64,000 nt of DNA from Polyangiaceae bacterium (GTDB lineage Bacteria > Myxococcota_A > Polyangia > Polyangiales > Polyangiaceae), in contig JANRKO010000016.1 of the NCBI GenBank assembly GCA_033763455.1, positions 54,772 to 118,771 of the forward strand, read 5' to 3'. Both the position numbers and the translations under genes were made by a program. The notes beneath the pieces are model-generated. The model was not told the DNA's origin. It did not search any database and saw only the letters and a program-made list of their open reading frames with translations. Of the stretch, positions 49,772 through 59,078 are shown in pieces (the first letter of the stretch is position 1; each line of letters starts with the position of its first letter).

Positions 49772-50944
49772 TTAGAAGAACATCCCGGCGTGAAGCTGTT
49801 CCAAGAACAATTCCAGCGGCCAGACGTCAAAGCCTTCGTAGCTCAACCTCTCCTTCCCCAGGTACACACCCATGCTCTTGGCTACCGTTAGGGCCTTCTT
49901 CCCAGCGAGTGAACGGATGGGCTTGCACCAACGTGGGTCCCACTTCGATGCCGATTTCGCTTCGATGCAAATGATTTCGGCGGGCTTCTGCAGTGTTTTC
50001 CTCTTCAATTCGACAATGAAATCTACTTCGAGCCCGCCTTCCGAGTGATAATAGAAAATGCCCCGCCCCTTGGCTCTGTAGTGGTTATAGGCGCGGAGTT
50101 CAGAGAGCAGGATGGTTTCCAAGGCAAAGCCACGAGCAACGCTATCGAAAGGCTCAGCCAGAAGATTGGCCGCGCCACGTCCAACTCCTGCGTCGAAGAA
50201 GTAGAACTTTGGATGGCTGATTTCCTTGACGAGAGCCCCTGGGCGATAGGGCGTGAGGCGGGTGCCGAGCAACGTGTCTTCTAGGATCTCAAAGTATTGG
50301 TCCACAGTGGCACGCGCCACGTGCGATTCGCGCGCCACATTTTGCATGTTCAGCACCTGCCCATTCATGGCGCCCGCTACAGAAAGAAAGCGCGCAAAGG
50401 GTTCCAGTCTGCGCACGAGGCCCTCCGCCATGATCTCCTGTCGTAGATAGGTTTCGACGTAGGAAGAAAGGAAATCCGCTGCGTATTGCGGTTCCGCAAC
50501 AAGCCCGGGCAGCGAACCCCACCTTAAGCGTGATTCAATGTCGAAAGCCGCCGGCAGTTCGGGATAAACTAAGCCGAACATGTCGCGCACAAGTGCGCGC
50601 CCCGCCAACATGTCTGCACCGCCGCGTCTCAGCCTGCGCGCACTCGATCCCGTCAGCGCGAATTGCAATTTGCGTTTTTCGTACAGCGCGTGAACTTCGG
50701 TTAAAAGCTCCGGAACGCGCTGCACTTCGTCGATCACCACCCAACTCCCTGGTGGAAGGTGCGCCGTGAGTACGGCAAGATCGTCAGGCTTTGTTAGCAA
50801 ACGCAAGTAGGTGGTCGAATTGAGCAAATCGATAGCCACGGCTGCGTTGCTAAAATGCTGGCCAAGCCAGGTCGATTTGCCCGTGCCACGAGGACCGAAC
50901 AGGAAGAAGGTCTTTTTGGGCGGAGCTAAAACCCGTGGAAACAC
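49772..50944 (-). CDS. AAA_14 ATPase with DUF4143 domain and C-terminal PD-(D/E)xK-like motif
   Basis: GPRGTGKST, VIDEVQ, LTGSS, LAGR, PKFYFFDAG, EVDF...IEAK. Confidence 0.9.
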   Translation of the reverse strand: MFPRVLAPPKKTFFLFGPRGTGKSTWLGQHFSNAAVAIDLLNSTTYLRLLTKPDDLAVLTAHLPPGSWVVIDEVQRVPELLTEVHALYEKRKLQFALTGSSARRLRRGGADMLAGRALVRDMFGLVYPELPAAFDIESRLRWGSLPGLVAEPQYAADFLSSYVETYLRQEIMAEGLVRRLEPFARFLSVAGAMNGQVLNMQNVARESHVARATVDQYFEILEDTLLGTRLTPYRPGALVKEISHPKFYFFDAGVGRGAANLLAEPFDSVARGFALETILLSELRAYNHYRAKGRGIFYYHSEGGLEVDFIVELKRKTLQKPAEIICIEAKSASKWDPRWCKPIRSLAGKKALTVAKSMGVYLGKERLSYEGFDVWPLELFLEQLHAGMFF

Positions 50945-50955
50945 CGGTGGATTCT

Positions 50956-50994
50956 AGCATGCTGTAAAAAGAGAGGTAAATTTTACAAGATGCT
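50956..50994. promoter_or_regulatory. Imperfect inverted repeat overlapping the promoter of the DUF4143 ATPase
   Basis: AGCATGCTGTAAAA-N11-TTTTACAAGATGCT (12 of 14 complementary). Confidence 0.55.
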
Positions 50995-51016
50995 CTGCTG
51001 GTGGCCTTCCAGATGT

Positions 51017-51075
51017 GTGCCACAAGAGCGTGCCACGTCGATCGTGCCCTGGTTTGTGCCATCGAAGTGTGCCAC
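51017..51075. repeat. Five GTGCC(A) direct repeats with 12-14 bp period
   Basis: GTGCCAC 51017, GTGCCAC 51030, GTGCCCT 51044, GTGCCAT 51056, GTGCCAC 51069. Confidence 0.65.
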
Positions 51076-51163
51076 GGCGAGCAGGGCCAAGGGTTATCCC
51101 TTGATTTATTGCTGGGTTTGAGGGGAGCGGCGATGGACTGTTTCGTGCTACGTAATGCGATCA

Positions 51164-51616
51164 ATGGCACGGACACGCGGCAGGGCTCGGCTGTTTTGGA
51201 TGGCGCTTGGCGCACTGGTGGCGAGTGCGTGTGTTCTGAATCCTCAGCCTGATCTTCCGGGGAGGCGCTCGGGCCCTGACGTGCCAGTCGCGGGGTTAAC
51301 TGGCGGAGCCTCCTCGGCCACTGGCGGTACAGCGGCAAATGGAACGGGCGGTGCAGGTCAGGGCTCGGCTTCCGGCGGTGCAGGCACGGGCGGTGCGGCG
51401 GCTGCAAGCGGAGGCGCGGTCAGCCTTCCGGGCGCGGGTGGTGCCGCGGGCGCAGCGGGCGCATCCGCTGGAGGTGCCGAATCCATGGGAGGTGGCACCT
51501 CCACTGGCGGTGCCGCTGGCGGGAATTCCGGTGGTGCTCCCTCAACCCTGGGCGGCGCCGCTGGAAGCGCTGGAGCTGCGGGCGAGGCGAGCAACGCAAT
51601 CCTGAATGCCGACTGA
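51164..51616 (+). CDS. Small Gly/Ala-rich lipoprotein
   Basis: ASAC lipobox followed by LNPQPDLP and GGA/GGS low complexity; candidate sigma-54 site TGGACTGTTTCGTGCT at 51134-51149. Confidence 0.65.
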   Translation: MARTRGRARLFWMALGALVASACVLNPQPDLPGRRSGPDVPVAGLTGGASSATGGTAANGTGGAGQGSASGGAGTGGAAAASGGAVSLPGAGGAAGAAGASAGGAESMGGGTSTGGAAGGNSGGAPSTLGGAAGSAGAAGEASNAILNAD

Positions 51617-51731
51617 GGCTCCTTGTGGAGCTTGAAAGCATCCTGCGTGCGAAGGCGGATCCGTACGCGAGCTTTTAGGGCTCAGGCAGGGCTCGCACGC
51701 TACCGGTCCGCATCCACGCGGATCCGGTCGC

Positions 51732-52274
51732 TCAGGTTCGCGCTTTGGGCTCGCGGCGGCTCAGGTAACTGTCCAACAGGTTGGCGGTAAAATCAGCCAA
51801 AATGCCGTCGGCTACCCGTAAGCGGCGGCTCAATTCGCGGGCAATATTGAGCACGATGAGCGCGTAAGCTTTCAGGTCGTGGCGGTAGAGCGCATCCAAA
51901 TCTTGCGACGAAACCCGCAACAACTGCCCGGGCGCTAACGCTCGCACCGTCGCCGAACGGCGCTGGATGTCCACGAGGCCCATTTCTCCAAACCAATCCC
52001 CTGGGCCCAAGATAGCAACGCGCACCTCGGTACCTTGGCGGCTCGTTTTCAAGATCTCCATCTCCCCACGCAGCACTACAAACATGTCCCGCGCTTCCTC
52101 TCCTTCGCGGAACAAAACATCACCCGCCTGCGGGCATACCACTCGCAACTCGCGCGCAAGGTAAGCCAGCGCTTCTTCGGAAAGCGCGCCAAAAAGGGCC
52201 TGATCGCGCAGCTCGGACGGCGTGACCTGTTCGGGGCGCTCGGAATCACGCGTGGGGATCTGTTCAACGAGCAT
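51732..52274 (-). CDS. Stand-alone cyclic-nucleotide-binding domain protein (no HTH)
   Basis: LFREGE, phosphate-binding cassette FGEMGLVDIQRRSATV, C-helix. Confidence 0.9.
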   Translation of the reverse strand: MLVEQIPTRDSERPEQVTPSELRDQALFGALSEEALAYLARELRVVCPQAGDVLFREGEEARDMFVVLRGEMEILKTSRQGTEVRVAILGPGDWFGEMGLVDIQRRSATVRALAPGQLLRVSSQDLDALYRHDLKAYALIVLNIARELSRRLRVADGILADFTANLLDSYLSRREPKART

Positions 52275-52279
52275 TGGCG

Positions 52280-52723
52280 TTAACCTTCAATGCTCTTGGT
52301 AAAAACTGCGCGAGGGCGAGCGGGGCCGGCGTAATCTTCAACAATTTCCACAGTCCAGCCGGTAGCGCGGTGAAACGCAATGGAGCCGTCATTGCCGACC
52401 GAAGTGATAGCTTTTAGCCGCTTGCAGCCCGCGGCTCGCGCATTCTCCTCGAAGGACTGGTAGAGCACTTTACCCACGCCGCGGCGCCGATAATCCGGGT
52501 GAATGCCAACCAAGTGTACGTAGCCCTCAAGCGGAGGCCCTGGCGCCACGAAGCCCAAAAGAAAGCCGACCAGAATGCCGTCGTGCTCCACGACGCGCGC
52601 CAGCTGCCCGAGCTCGTAGAAAAATAGCGGATGCGCAAGCGCGGTGGACGGCCCGCCCCACCAGCGATCAATAATCTGAACGATGTGGTCGTAGTCGTTT
52701 TTTCCGAGCGGTCGTGTGATCAT
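52280..52723 (-). CDS. GNAT acetyltransferase
   Basis: YVHLVGIHPDYRRRGVGK motif A; N..SIAFH..GW. Confidence 0.9.
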   Translation of the reverse strand: MITRPLGKNDYDHIVQIIDRWWGGPSTALAHPLFFYELGQLARVVEHDGILVGFLLGFVAPGPPLEGYVHLVGIHPDYRRRGVGKVLYQSFEENARAAGCKRLKAITSVGNDGSIAFHRATGWTVEIVEDYAGPARPRAVFTKSIEG

Positions 52724-52919
52724 CGATCGAACCCTTGCGTCAAAGTGCTTCCGAAAGCCGGCCGGCTGCCCCTAGCACGCGGGATCCTGCCTGCTAAGCG
52801 TGGCGCCATAAGCGTTGGATTTTGCAGGCATAAACCCCGAAGCGCAACCCCTGGTTCGAGCACAACGTTTGCGGAGGCGGCTGGCTCGCGACACCCCGGT
52901 CGTGTAACCACAAGCACTG

Positions 52920-53585
52920 ATGTCGCCTTCTATCGTCTACGCACCCTCGATCTTGAGCGCGGATCTTGCCCGTTTGGCCGACGAGGTTGCCGAGGTGGAG
53001 GCCGCCTCGGCGGATTGGATCCATGTGGATGTGATGGATGGGCGGTTTGTGCCCAACCTTACGCTTGGAGTGCCGGTTGTTCGGAGCTTGCGCCAAGTGA
53101 CGAAATTGCCGCTGGACGTGCACCTCATGATCGTCGAGCCCGAGAAATATCTAGCAGAATTTGCCGCCGCGGGCGCCGACACGTTGAGCGTACATGTGGA
53201 GGCATGTGTGCACCTGCAGCGCACGCTGTCGTTCATTCGCTCCCTAGGCAAACGCGCTGGTGTCGTTCTTAACCCCCATACGTCGGAAGAATGCCTACGC
53301 TACGTGTTACCGGATCTTGATCTGGTGTTGGTCATGAGCGTCAACCCCGGTTTTGGCGGCCAAGCCTTCATCCCGGCCGCGCTCGACAAGTTGGCTAGGA
53401 TTCGGCGTATGATTGACGAGAGCGGGTTTGCGATTGATCTGGAGATCGACGGCGGAATTGACACTCGTACAGCGCCGCTCGCTGTGCAGGCGGGCGCAAG
53501 AGTGCTCGTGGCGGGCTCGGCCATCTTCGGCCAACCTGACCGAAAGCAAGCACTTTCGGCCCTAAGAAAAGCCGTGGAAGGCTGA
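52920..53585 (+). CDS. rpe: Ribulose-phosphate 3-epimerase
   Basis: APSILSAD, HVDVMDG.FVPN, DVHLMI, MSVNPGFGGQ, DGG. Confidence 0.98.
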   Translation: MSPSIVYAPSILSADLARLADEVAEVEAASADWIHVDVMDGRFVPNLTLGVPVVRSLRQVTKLPLDVHLMIVEPEKYLAEFAAAGADTLSVHVEACVHLQRTLSFIRSLGKRAGVVLNPHTSEECLRYVLPDLDLVLVMSVNPGFGGQAFIPAALDKLARIRRMIDESGFAIDLEIDGGIDTRTAPLAVQAGARVLVAGSAIFGQPDRKQALSALRKAVEG

Positions 53586-53587
53586 GC

Positions 53588-55030
53588 GTGTTCAAGCCTG
53601 CGCCCTTGTGGGCACTTACGTTTTGTTTCCTGAGCGCAGCGTGTGCCGCACCGAGGGAAGCACTGCGGGAACACGTAGCGGGGCCACCACAAGCAACCGA
53701 TTCAACGGCTCCTAGGTCCTCCGCAAGGGATGCCGACACCACGGCCGCCGGCGCAAGTGCGAGTGGCGCAAGTGCCACTGACGATGTGATTTTAAGCGTA
53801 CTCCAACGAATGGCCAAAGTGCGCGAGCTAGCCCCACGAACACACGTTCTGGCCAGGCAAACCACCCGCGCAGAAATGCGGGCTTGGTTAAAGGCTGCGC
53901 TGGTCGAAGAAGTTCCCGAAAGTGCCATGGAGGGCACCCGAGCGTTCCTATTGTCGCTTGGGCTCGTGCCGCCGGAGTTTGACTACCTCGCCTCGGTACA
54001 ACAGCTCATGACCGACCAGCTGGCAGGCTTCTATGATCCCAAAGAAAAGACGATGCATCTGCTCTCGGATCTGACCCCCGAGGACCAGAAAACAACGCTC
54101 TATCACGAATTAGTACACGCCCTGCAGGATCAACATTTTGACCTCAGAACACTGACAGCTTGGCAAACAGATGGCTCGGACCGCCAAAGCGCGGTGCATG
54201 CGTTGGCCGAGGGGGACGCCACGAGCGCCATGCTTCAGGCTCTTTTAGCGCCGGGCCAACGTGCAGAAGATTTGCCAGATGCGCTGCTAGAAGCGCAAAC
54301 GGCGGGTTCGCTCGCCGTGATGGGCACCGATGCCGTACCGGCAATTATCAAACGAAGCCTGCTTGCCCCGTACGTGGATGGCCTCAATTTCGTACATTGG
54401 GCACGGCGGCGCGGTGGCTGGAAAGCAGTGGATGACCTGTGGCGGCGAATGCCAGCTAGCTCGGAGCAGGTATTGCATCCTGAAAAATGGCTCACCAACG
54501 AAAAGCCCGAATGTGTTGCTGTTCCCGCACCCGGCTCAACAGGCCCTAAGGCCTTGATTTATCACGACATTATGGGCGAGCAAGCGTTGCGGATCCTGTT
54601 GGAGGAGTGGCTTCCGAAGGCTGCCGCGAGAGACGCAGCAACGGGCTGGGCAGGGGATCGCTTGGCGATTTTCAACAACGGGAATGTTTGGGCGCTCGCC
54701 TGGCAGCTGCGTTTCGACGATGCGGTTTCTGCGAAAAGAGCCCGGCTCGCCCTACATCGAGGTTTGCTTGCTGGCAAACCAGACATGAACTCCCGGTTAA
54801 CTCCCGAGATCGCCTCGCGCGCGATCCAAGTTGGCAAGGTCTGCCGGGAGCGGGCGGACCTTGGGCCGCTCTCCGTGGAGGGCGCCGGACGATCCGTGGT
54901 GATCCTGGCAGGCCCGTACCGGCAGGAGGGATCGACAGTTTCCGCGATCGGCGACTGCCGGGGAGCCGCCGGCTGGGCCCGCGCGGTCCTGAACGCTGGA
55001 ACGGTGTCTGACACCTGTGGCACGGATTGA
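53588..55030 (+). CDS. Lipoprotein, putative Zn metallopeptidase
   Basis: SAAC lipobox; AGFYDP, HELVHALQDQHF, ALAEGDA, PASSEQVLHP, GWAGD. Confidence 0.8.
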   Translation: MFKPAPLWALTFCFLSAACAAPREALREHVAGPPQATDSTAPRSSARDADTTAAGASASGASATDDVILSVLQRMAKVRELAPRTHVLARQTTRAEMRAWLKAALVEEVPESAMEGTRAFLLSLGLVPPEFDYLASVQQLMTDQLAGFYDPKEKTMHLLSDLTPEDQKTTLYHELVHALQDQHFDLRTLTAWQTDGSDRQSAVHALAEGDATSAMLQALLAPGQRAEDLPDALLEAQTAGSLAVMGTDAVPAIIKRSLLAPYVDGLNFVHWARRRGGWKAVDDLWRRMPASSEQVLHPEKWLTNEKPECVAVPAPGSTGPKALIYHDIMGEQALRILLEEWLPKAAARDAATGWAGDRLAIFNNGNVWALAWQLRFDDAVSAKRARLALHRGLLAGKPDMNSRLTPEIASRAIQVGKVCRERADLGPLSVEGAGRSVVILAGPYRQEGSTVSAIGDCRGAAGWARAVLNAGTVSDTCGTD

Positions 55031-55153
55031 CTCACCCGGTGCCACGGGACCCACCTCAGCCCGGCGAGAAAGAGCGCTGAAGTGGTCGGTGTTTCGGGCG
55101 AATTCGCTAGATAGTGGGCCTCGCACAGTGGGCCCAGCACGGGTTGGAACCCC

Positions 55154-55169
55154 TGGCACGTGGTTTGCT
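55154..55169 (+). promoter_or_regulatory. Sigma-54 promoter
   Basis: TGGCACGTGGTTTGCT matches TGGCAC-N5-TTGC; preceded by a 14-bp tandem repeat at 55113-55140. Confidence 0.75.
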
Positions 55170-55192
55170 CTGGTCCTAGGCACAGTTAAGCC

Positions 55193-55684
55193 ATGGCAGC
55201 CCGCCGATCGTCTCAGCCAGCTATCCCAAAACCAAAGGCGAAGTTCGGCTCCGCGTCCCCCGTTTCTTGGATGGCGCTCGTTGCCGCGACAACCCTCGGG
55301 CTGAGCCAGGTCCAATATGTGCGCACCACCGTTTCGGCCCACATAGTGGCCCCCGAGTTGCGCGACTGCAGCTTTCGCTTGATTGTGCAGTCGTACGCGC
55401 CAGGCTCGGCCGACGCCCACCACATTGCAGTAGGCGCAAGGCCGCTGGCGTCGAGTCAGCGAGCGATAACCAGTGAGGAGTTGGCTCAAGGGGTCCGAAT
55501 TGACCTAGCTCACGTGGGTGTGAGTTCGGAAGAAGCTCCTCTGGTAGTAGCCTGGGTCGAACCAGGGGATCCCGATCTTGAGTTTGACGGCATGACGGCC
55601 CGGCCTAGCGAAGGCGCCCTGTTCGGTTTGCGTGAAGCGCATCACGGCACGAGCGAAGTCCTTCTGAAGCCTTTTCACGCATAA
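55193..55684 (+). CDS. Hypothetical exported protein
   Basis: N-terminal hydrophobic segment; follows the sigma-54 promoter. Confidence 0.6.
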   Translation: MAARRSSQPAIPKPKAKFGSASPVSWMALVAATTLGLSQVQYVRTTVSAHIVAPELRDCSFRLIVQSYAPGSADAHHIAVGARPLASSQRAITSEELAQGVRIDLAHVGVSSEEAPLVVAWVEPGDPDLEFDGMTARPSEGALFGLREAHHGTSEVLLKPFHA

Positions 55685-55765
55685 CAAGCGGCACTCGAAC
55701 GGCCCTGTAAGAACCGCCGGACAGCCCCGAAGTGCAGAGCCTCGGTGGGGGCTGGAACGCCCCCT

Positions 55766-57916
55766 TTAGGCCGCTTCTTTGAGAGGCGTGGGCGTTTGCC
55801 GGAGAGCCTTCACTTGAAGTGCAAAACGCCGGCGCTCCTCCTCGCTCAGGATCCGCCCGCCGAAACGAGCCTCGACGTACAACGTCGTCAACTCAAGCAC
55901 GGGAACTGCGAGTGGGTGCCCAAGAGCCATGAGTGCGCGAGCGTGGGCTAGAGGTGGTGTGCTCGGGACTCGCGCAACGCCGTGCTGCCGGAGAACAACT
56001 TCAAGGCTTGTGTACAACGCAACCACCTGCGTGTGCTGTCGTTCTAGTTCCCGCTGAGGGGCTGGAACGCGGGCGTTTCGACGACGACGCCGGATCAGAA
56101 AGATCGCATAGGCCAAGAGCCCCACACCCAAAAGCACGAGGAATACTTTGCGCGGCGAACCAAACGCTCGTTTGAAGCTTGCATCACCAGTGAGCGATCC
56201 GTAGCGGGAACGCACGGTGTCCAGAAGCGTGATCTGTTGCTTCAAATCATAACCCACTACGTGCCGGTTCCAGCGCTGCGAGGCGGCGTCCAGAAAATCG
56301 CGCAACTGTGCGGCTGTACCATTCAACTCACTCACCGGAGCCGAATCGGCCGCGGGAGTAGGATCGAAGCGCACCCACCCGAGGCGTGGGACATAGGCTT
56401 CCACCCAGGAGTGAGCGTCCCCCTGTCGAACCGCGTAAAAACGCCCATAGCGATTGAACGTGCCGCCGACGAAGCCCGTGACGTTGCGGGAAGCGATCCC
56501 CAGCGTCCGCAACATCACGGCCATAGCCGTGGAGTAGTACTCACAGTGGCCGCGGCGGGACTCAAAGAGGAAGTGGTCCAGTGGATTTTGTGTTGCGCCT
56601 GAGGGGGAATTAAGATCGTAGCGGTACCCCTTCTGCAAACGAGCTTCAATCGCGCGGGCTTGGGCTAGAGCATTGGTGTGCCCCTTCACCCATTCGCGCG
56701 CCAAATCGCGTGTACGGCCAGTGAGATTGGCGGGCAACGCCAGGTACCTTGCGTAATCGGCGGGCCGCAATACGTCGAAGGGTTGTTCCCGCGGCCCTGC
56801 CTGGAACACCTCGTACGTGAGGCCATGCGCAGAAGCGCCATCGTATTCGAGCTGGTTCTCTGGACCTTGAAACAGGGTGGCTTGCGGCTGGTTGAGCGTT
56901 GCGGTCTGGCTCATCAGGCGCAAAGCGACCGCCTTTGTTGGCAAGAACACGACCGGTGGGTCGATGGGTTCGAGCTCAATTCTCATGCGCTCGTCGCGCG
57001 AAGGATCGGCGCTGCGATAAAGCTGCACTTCGGCGCCGTACTGAACAGCAGGGAGCCGCCTCTTCTGAGAACGAGACCAGCTACGGCCATTGTAGTGATC
57101 AAAGGCCGTGCCCCGCAGATACAACGCAAGCCGAGCGGGGGGATCTGGCGGCAACCGGGGGTAGTGGACGCGCATCGCGATCGTCGGATCCGCTCGCAGA
57201 GTGCCCACGCCCCCGAGATCTACGCGATCGCTAAACCCAACCATGCGCTCGGCGTGCGAACGATTGAGCATGAAAAGCGAAAGCCCCACGCGCGGAAACA
57301 GCACAAATAACAGCGCTGTAAATACAAAGATCGGGATCGACATCAGGCAGGTGAGAGCCAAAAACGGCCGCCCAATGACACGCCGGCTGCGGAGAATTCG
57401 CGGTACATCCACGGGCAGCCCCGTGCGATCTCGGGCTCCTTGGCGATAGTTGCCTTCTACCTCTCGGCGCAGGTGGCTGAGCACCAAGGCTCCAGGTGCG
57501 ACCACCAAGAATCCTATGAAGCACAGGCCGTAGGAGATGCCGCCGCCAAGCACAGTGCCTGCAATCAAGTGCAGCAGCGCCAACACGATCACCTGCTGAT
57601 CGTGCGCCGCACCACGACGCGTCGCGAGGCGAATAACCTGAAGGCCAGCGGCAAACTCGATCGAGATGGGCACAAAATCGGCCCCCAAGCTCCAACGAGC
57701 CACCTGCAGGCCCAGCAGTGAAAGGGGGCCCACGAAGCCAAAATGACGGAGTATTGGCGAGTCTTGGTAGCGCTCTGGAATCAAGAGCGCCAACGCCATG
57801 CCAATCAATAGCGCCCAACTAATGGCAGGATGGAGCTCGCCCGAGCTTACTAGCGCAACAACACCGAGCGCCGCCAAGGCGTCGGTCATGATGCGATGGA
57901 TCAGGCCGAACCTCAC
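55766..57916 (-). CDS. Membrane-bound transglutaminase-like protein (TgpA/DUF3488 type)
   Basis: N-terminal TMs, LFPR, GFS; triad GHCEYY / HSWVE / FDPT. Confidence 0.92.
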   Translation of the reverse strand: MRFGLIHRIMTDALAALGVVALVSSGELHPAISWALLIGMALALLIPERYQDSPILRHFGFVGPLSLLGLQVARWSLGADFVPISIEFAAGLQVIRLATRRGAAHDQQVIVLALLHLIAGTVLGGGISYGLCFIGFLVVAPGALVLSHLRREVEGNYRQGARDRTGLPVDVPRILRSRRVIGRPFLALTCLMSIPIFVFTALLFVLFPRVGLSLFMLNRSHAERMVGFSDRVDLGGVGTLRADPTIAMRVHYPRLPPDPPARLALYLRGTAFDHYNGRSWSRSQKRRLPAVQYGAEVQLYRSADPSRDERMRIELEPIDPPVVFLPTKAVALRLMSQTATLNQPQATLFQGPENQLEYDGASAHGLTYEVFQAGPREQPFDVLRPADYARYLALPANLTGRTRDLAREWVKGHTNALAQARAIEARLQKGYRYDLNSPSGATQNPLDHFLFESRRGHCEYYSTAMAVMLRTLGIASRNVTGFVGGTFNRYGRFYAVRQGDAHSWVEAYVPRLGWVRFDPTPAADSAPVSELNGTAAQLRDFLDAASQRWNRHVVGYDLKQQITLLDTVRSRYGSLTGDASFKRAFGSPRKVFLVLLGVGLLAYAIFLIRRRRRNARVPAPQRELERQHTQVVALYTSLEVVLRQHGVARVPSTPPLAHARALMALGHPLAVPVLELTTLYVEARFGGRILSEEERRRFALQVKALRQTPTPLKEAA

Positions 57917-59037
57917 GCCACTCGCTCCTTGGCTACGGGGGCGGACAACTCCGGGTTGTCGCGAGCGGGTGCCGAAGAGGAGCGCCGCGCTGGGTGCTGC
58001 TCGTCTTCGGGCGTTGCAGTCAAGACTGCAAGAAAACGCAACACGGGATCTGAGCCTTGAGAAGGAGTGCTCCGAACTTGTGCGCCTGCGCTCGTCCTCA
58101 CTAGGACGTCGTTCCCCCGCTTCAGCTCCGCCACGGCTCTGGATGCAACGTCGCGGATCCGAAGCTCAAAACGCTGCCCCCAATCATCTGAGCCCGTGAG
58201 CTTTGGGCGGATGCTATCAAGCTTTAGGACCACTTGCCGGCGGTTGGTCCCGCTGCGCTCCTTCAGGATTACCTGCTGGGGCAACACGCTGCGCCTCCAG
58301 TAAATATCGCGCGGATCGTCCCCCTCGCGCATCGGGCGAATGCCAAAGACTTCGTCGCCGCGCCCACGCCCATCTGCTTGGCTCGCCCCTCGCTGCCTGC
58401 CCTGCACTTCCGGTGCTAAGCGCACCGGATCCACTGCGGGGTACACGAGGAGCGTGCCTTCAACCTCGATCTCGCGGGATTTTTCGAACAAGCCAAACGG
58501 GAACCGAGTGGCAATGCGAAACCCCACGTGATGATCGAAGCCCCGACGCCCCGGGGTTCTACGGTAGGCGGCAACCTGGGTGGATTTCGGACTGATCTTG
58601 AGAAAGAAGCAGCGCTTGTCGGCGGGCTGGCCGGCCCGCAAATCTTCTACCTCAATCGCATAGGAGGGCAGACCTTGCTTCTCATTGAATACCTCGATCT
58701 CCACCAAGTGTGGCTTTCCGACCTGGGCCCGCTGGGGAAGCTTACGCACTACCGTAAGGTGCCGAAGGCTGATTTCGCTCAATACGCCGGACACGATGAT
58801 GAGCGACAGCAGCATCCCGAGCATCAAATACAGGAGATTATTGCCCGTGTTGATCGCCGCGAACCCCACGAAGAAGGTGATCAAAACGAAGTATCGGCCT
58901 TCCCGAGTTAACTTTAAACGCCGCGGCGGACGCAACCACTTCCCCAGTTGACGGAACGCGCGCCGTAGGGGCGACGGTACGCTCGAAGCACTCGTGGACG
59001 CCTCTTCTCTGGGGAGCTCGGGCAGGGGATTCGGCAT
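57913..59037 (-). CDS. DUF58 domain protein
   Basis: AINTGNNLLY, TRFPFGLF, LVYP, IRPMREGDDPRDIYWRRS. Confidence 0.92.
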   Translation of the reverse strand: MPNPLPELPREEASTSASSVPSPLRRAFRQLGKWLRPPRRLKLTREGRYFVLITFFVGFAAINTGNNLLYLMLGMLLSLIIVSGVLSEISLRHLTVVRKLPQRAQVGKPHLVEIEVFNEKQGLPSYAIEVEDLRAGQPADKRCFFLKISPKSTQVAAYRRTPGRRGFDHHVGFRIATRFPFGLFEKSREIEVEGTLLVYPAVDPVRLAPEVQGRQRGASQADGRGRGDEVFGIRPMREGDDPRDIYWRRSVLPQQVILKERSGTNRRQVVLKLDSIRPKLTGSDDWGQRFELRIRDVASRAVAELKRGNDVLVRTSAGAQVRSTPSQGSDPVLRFLAVLTATPEDEQHPARRSSSAPARDNPELSAPVAKERVA

Positions 59038-59078
59038 GAGAGTCGCTCCTCGGGCGAACTGAAAGCGAAAAGTGTTGC

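Noticed and set aside
51617..51731. GC-rich inverted repeats between convergent genes
   Set aside because: No clean stem followed by a U-tract; a terminator call cannot be supported.
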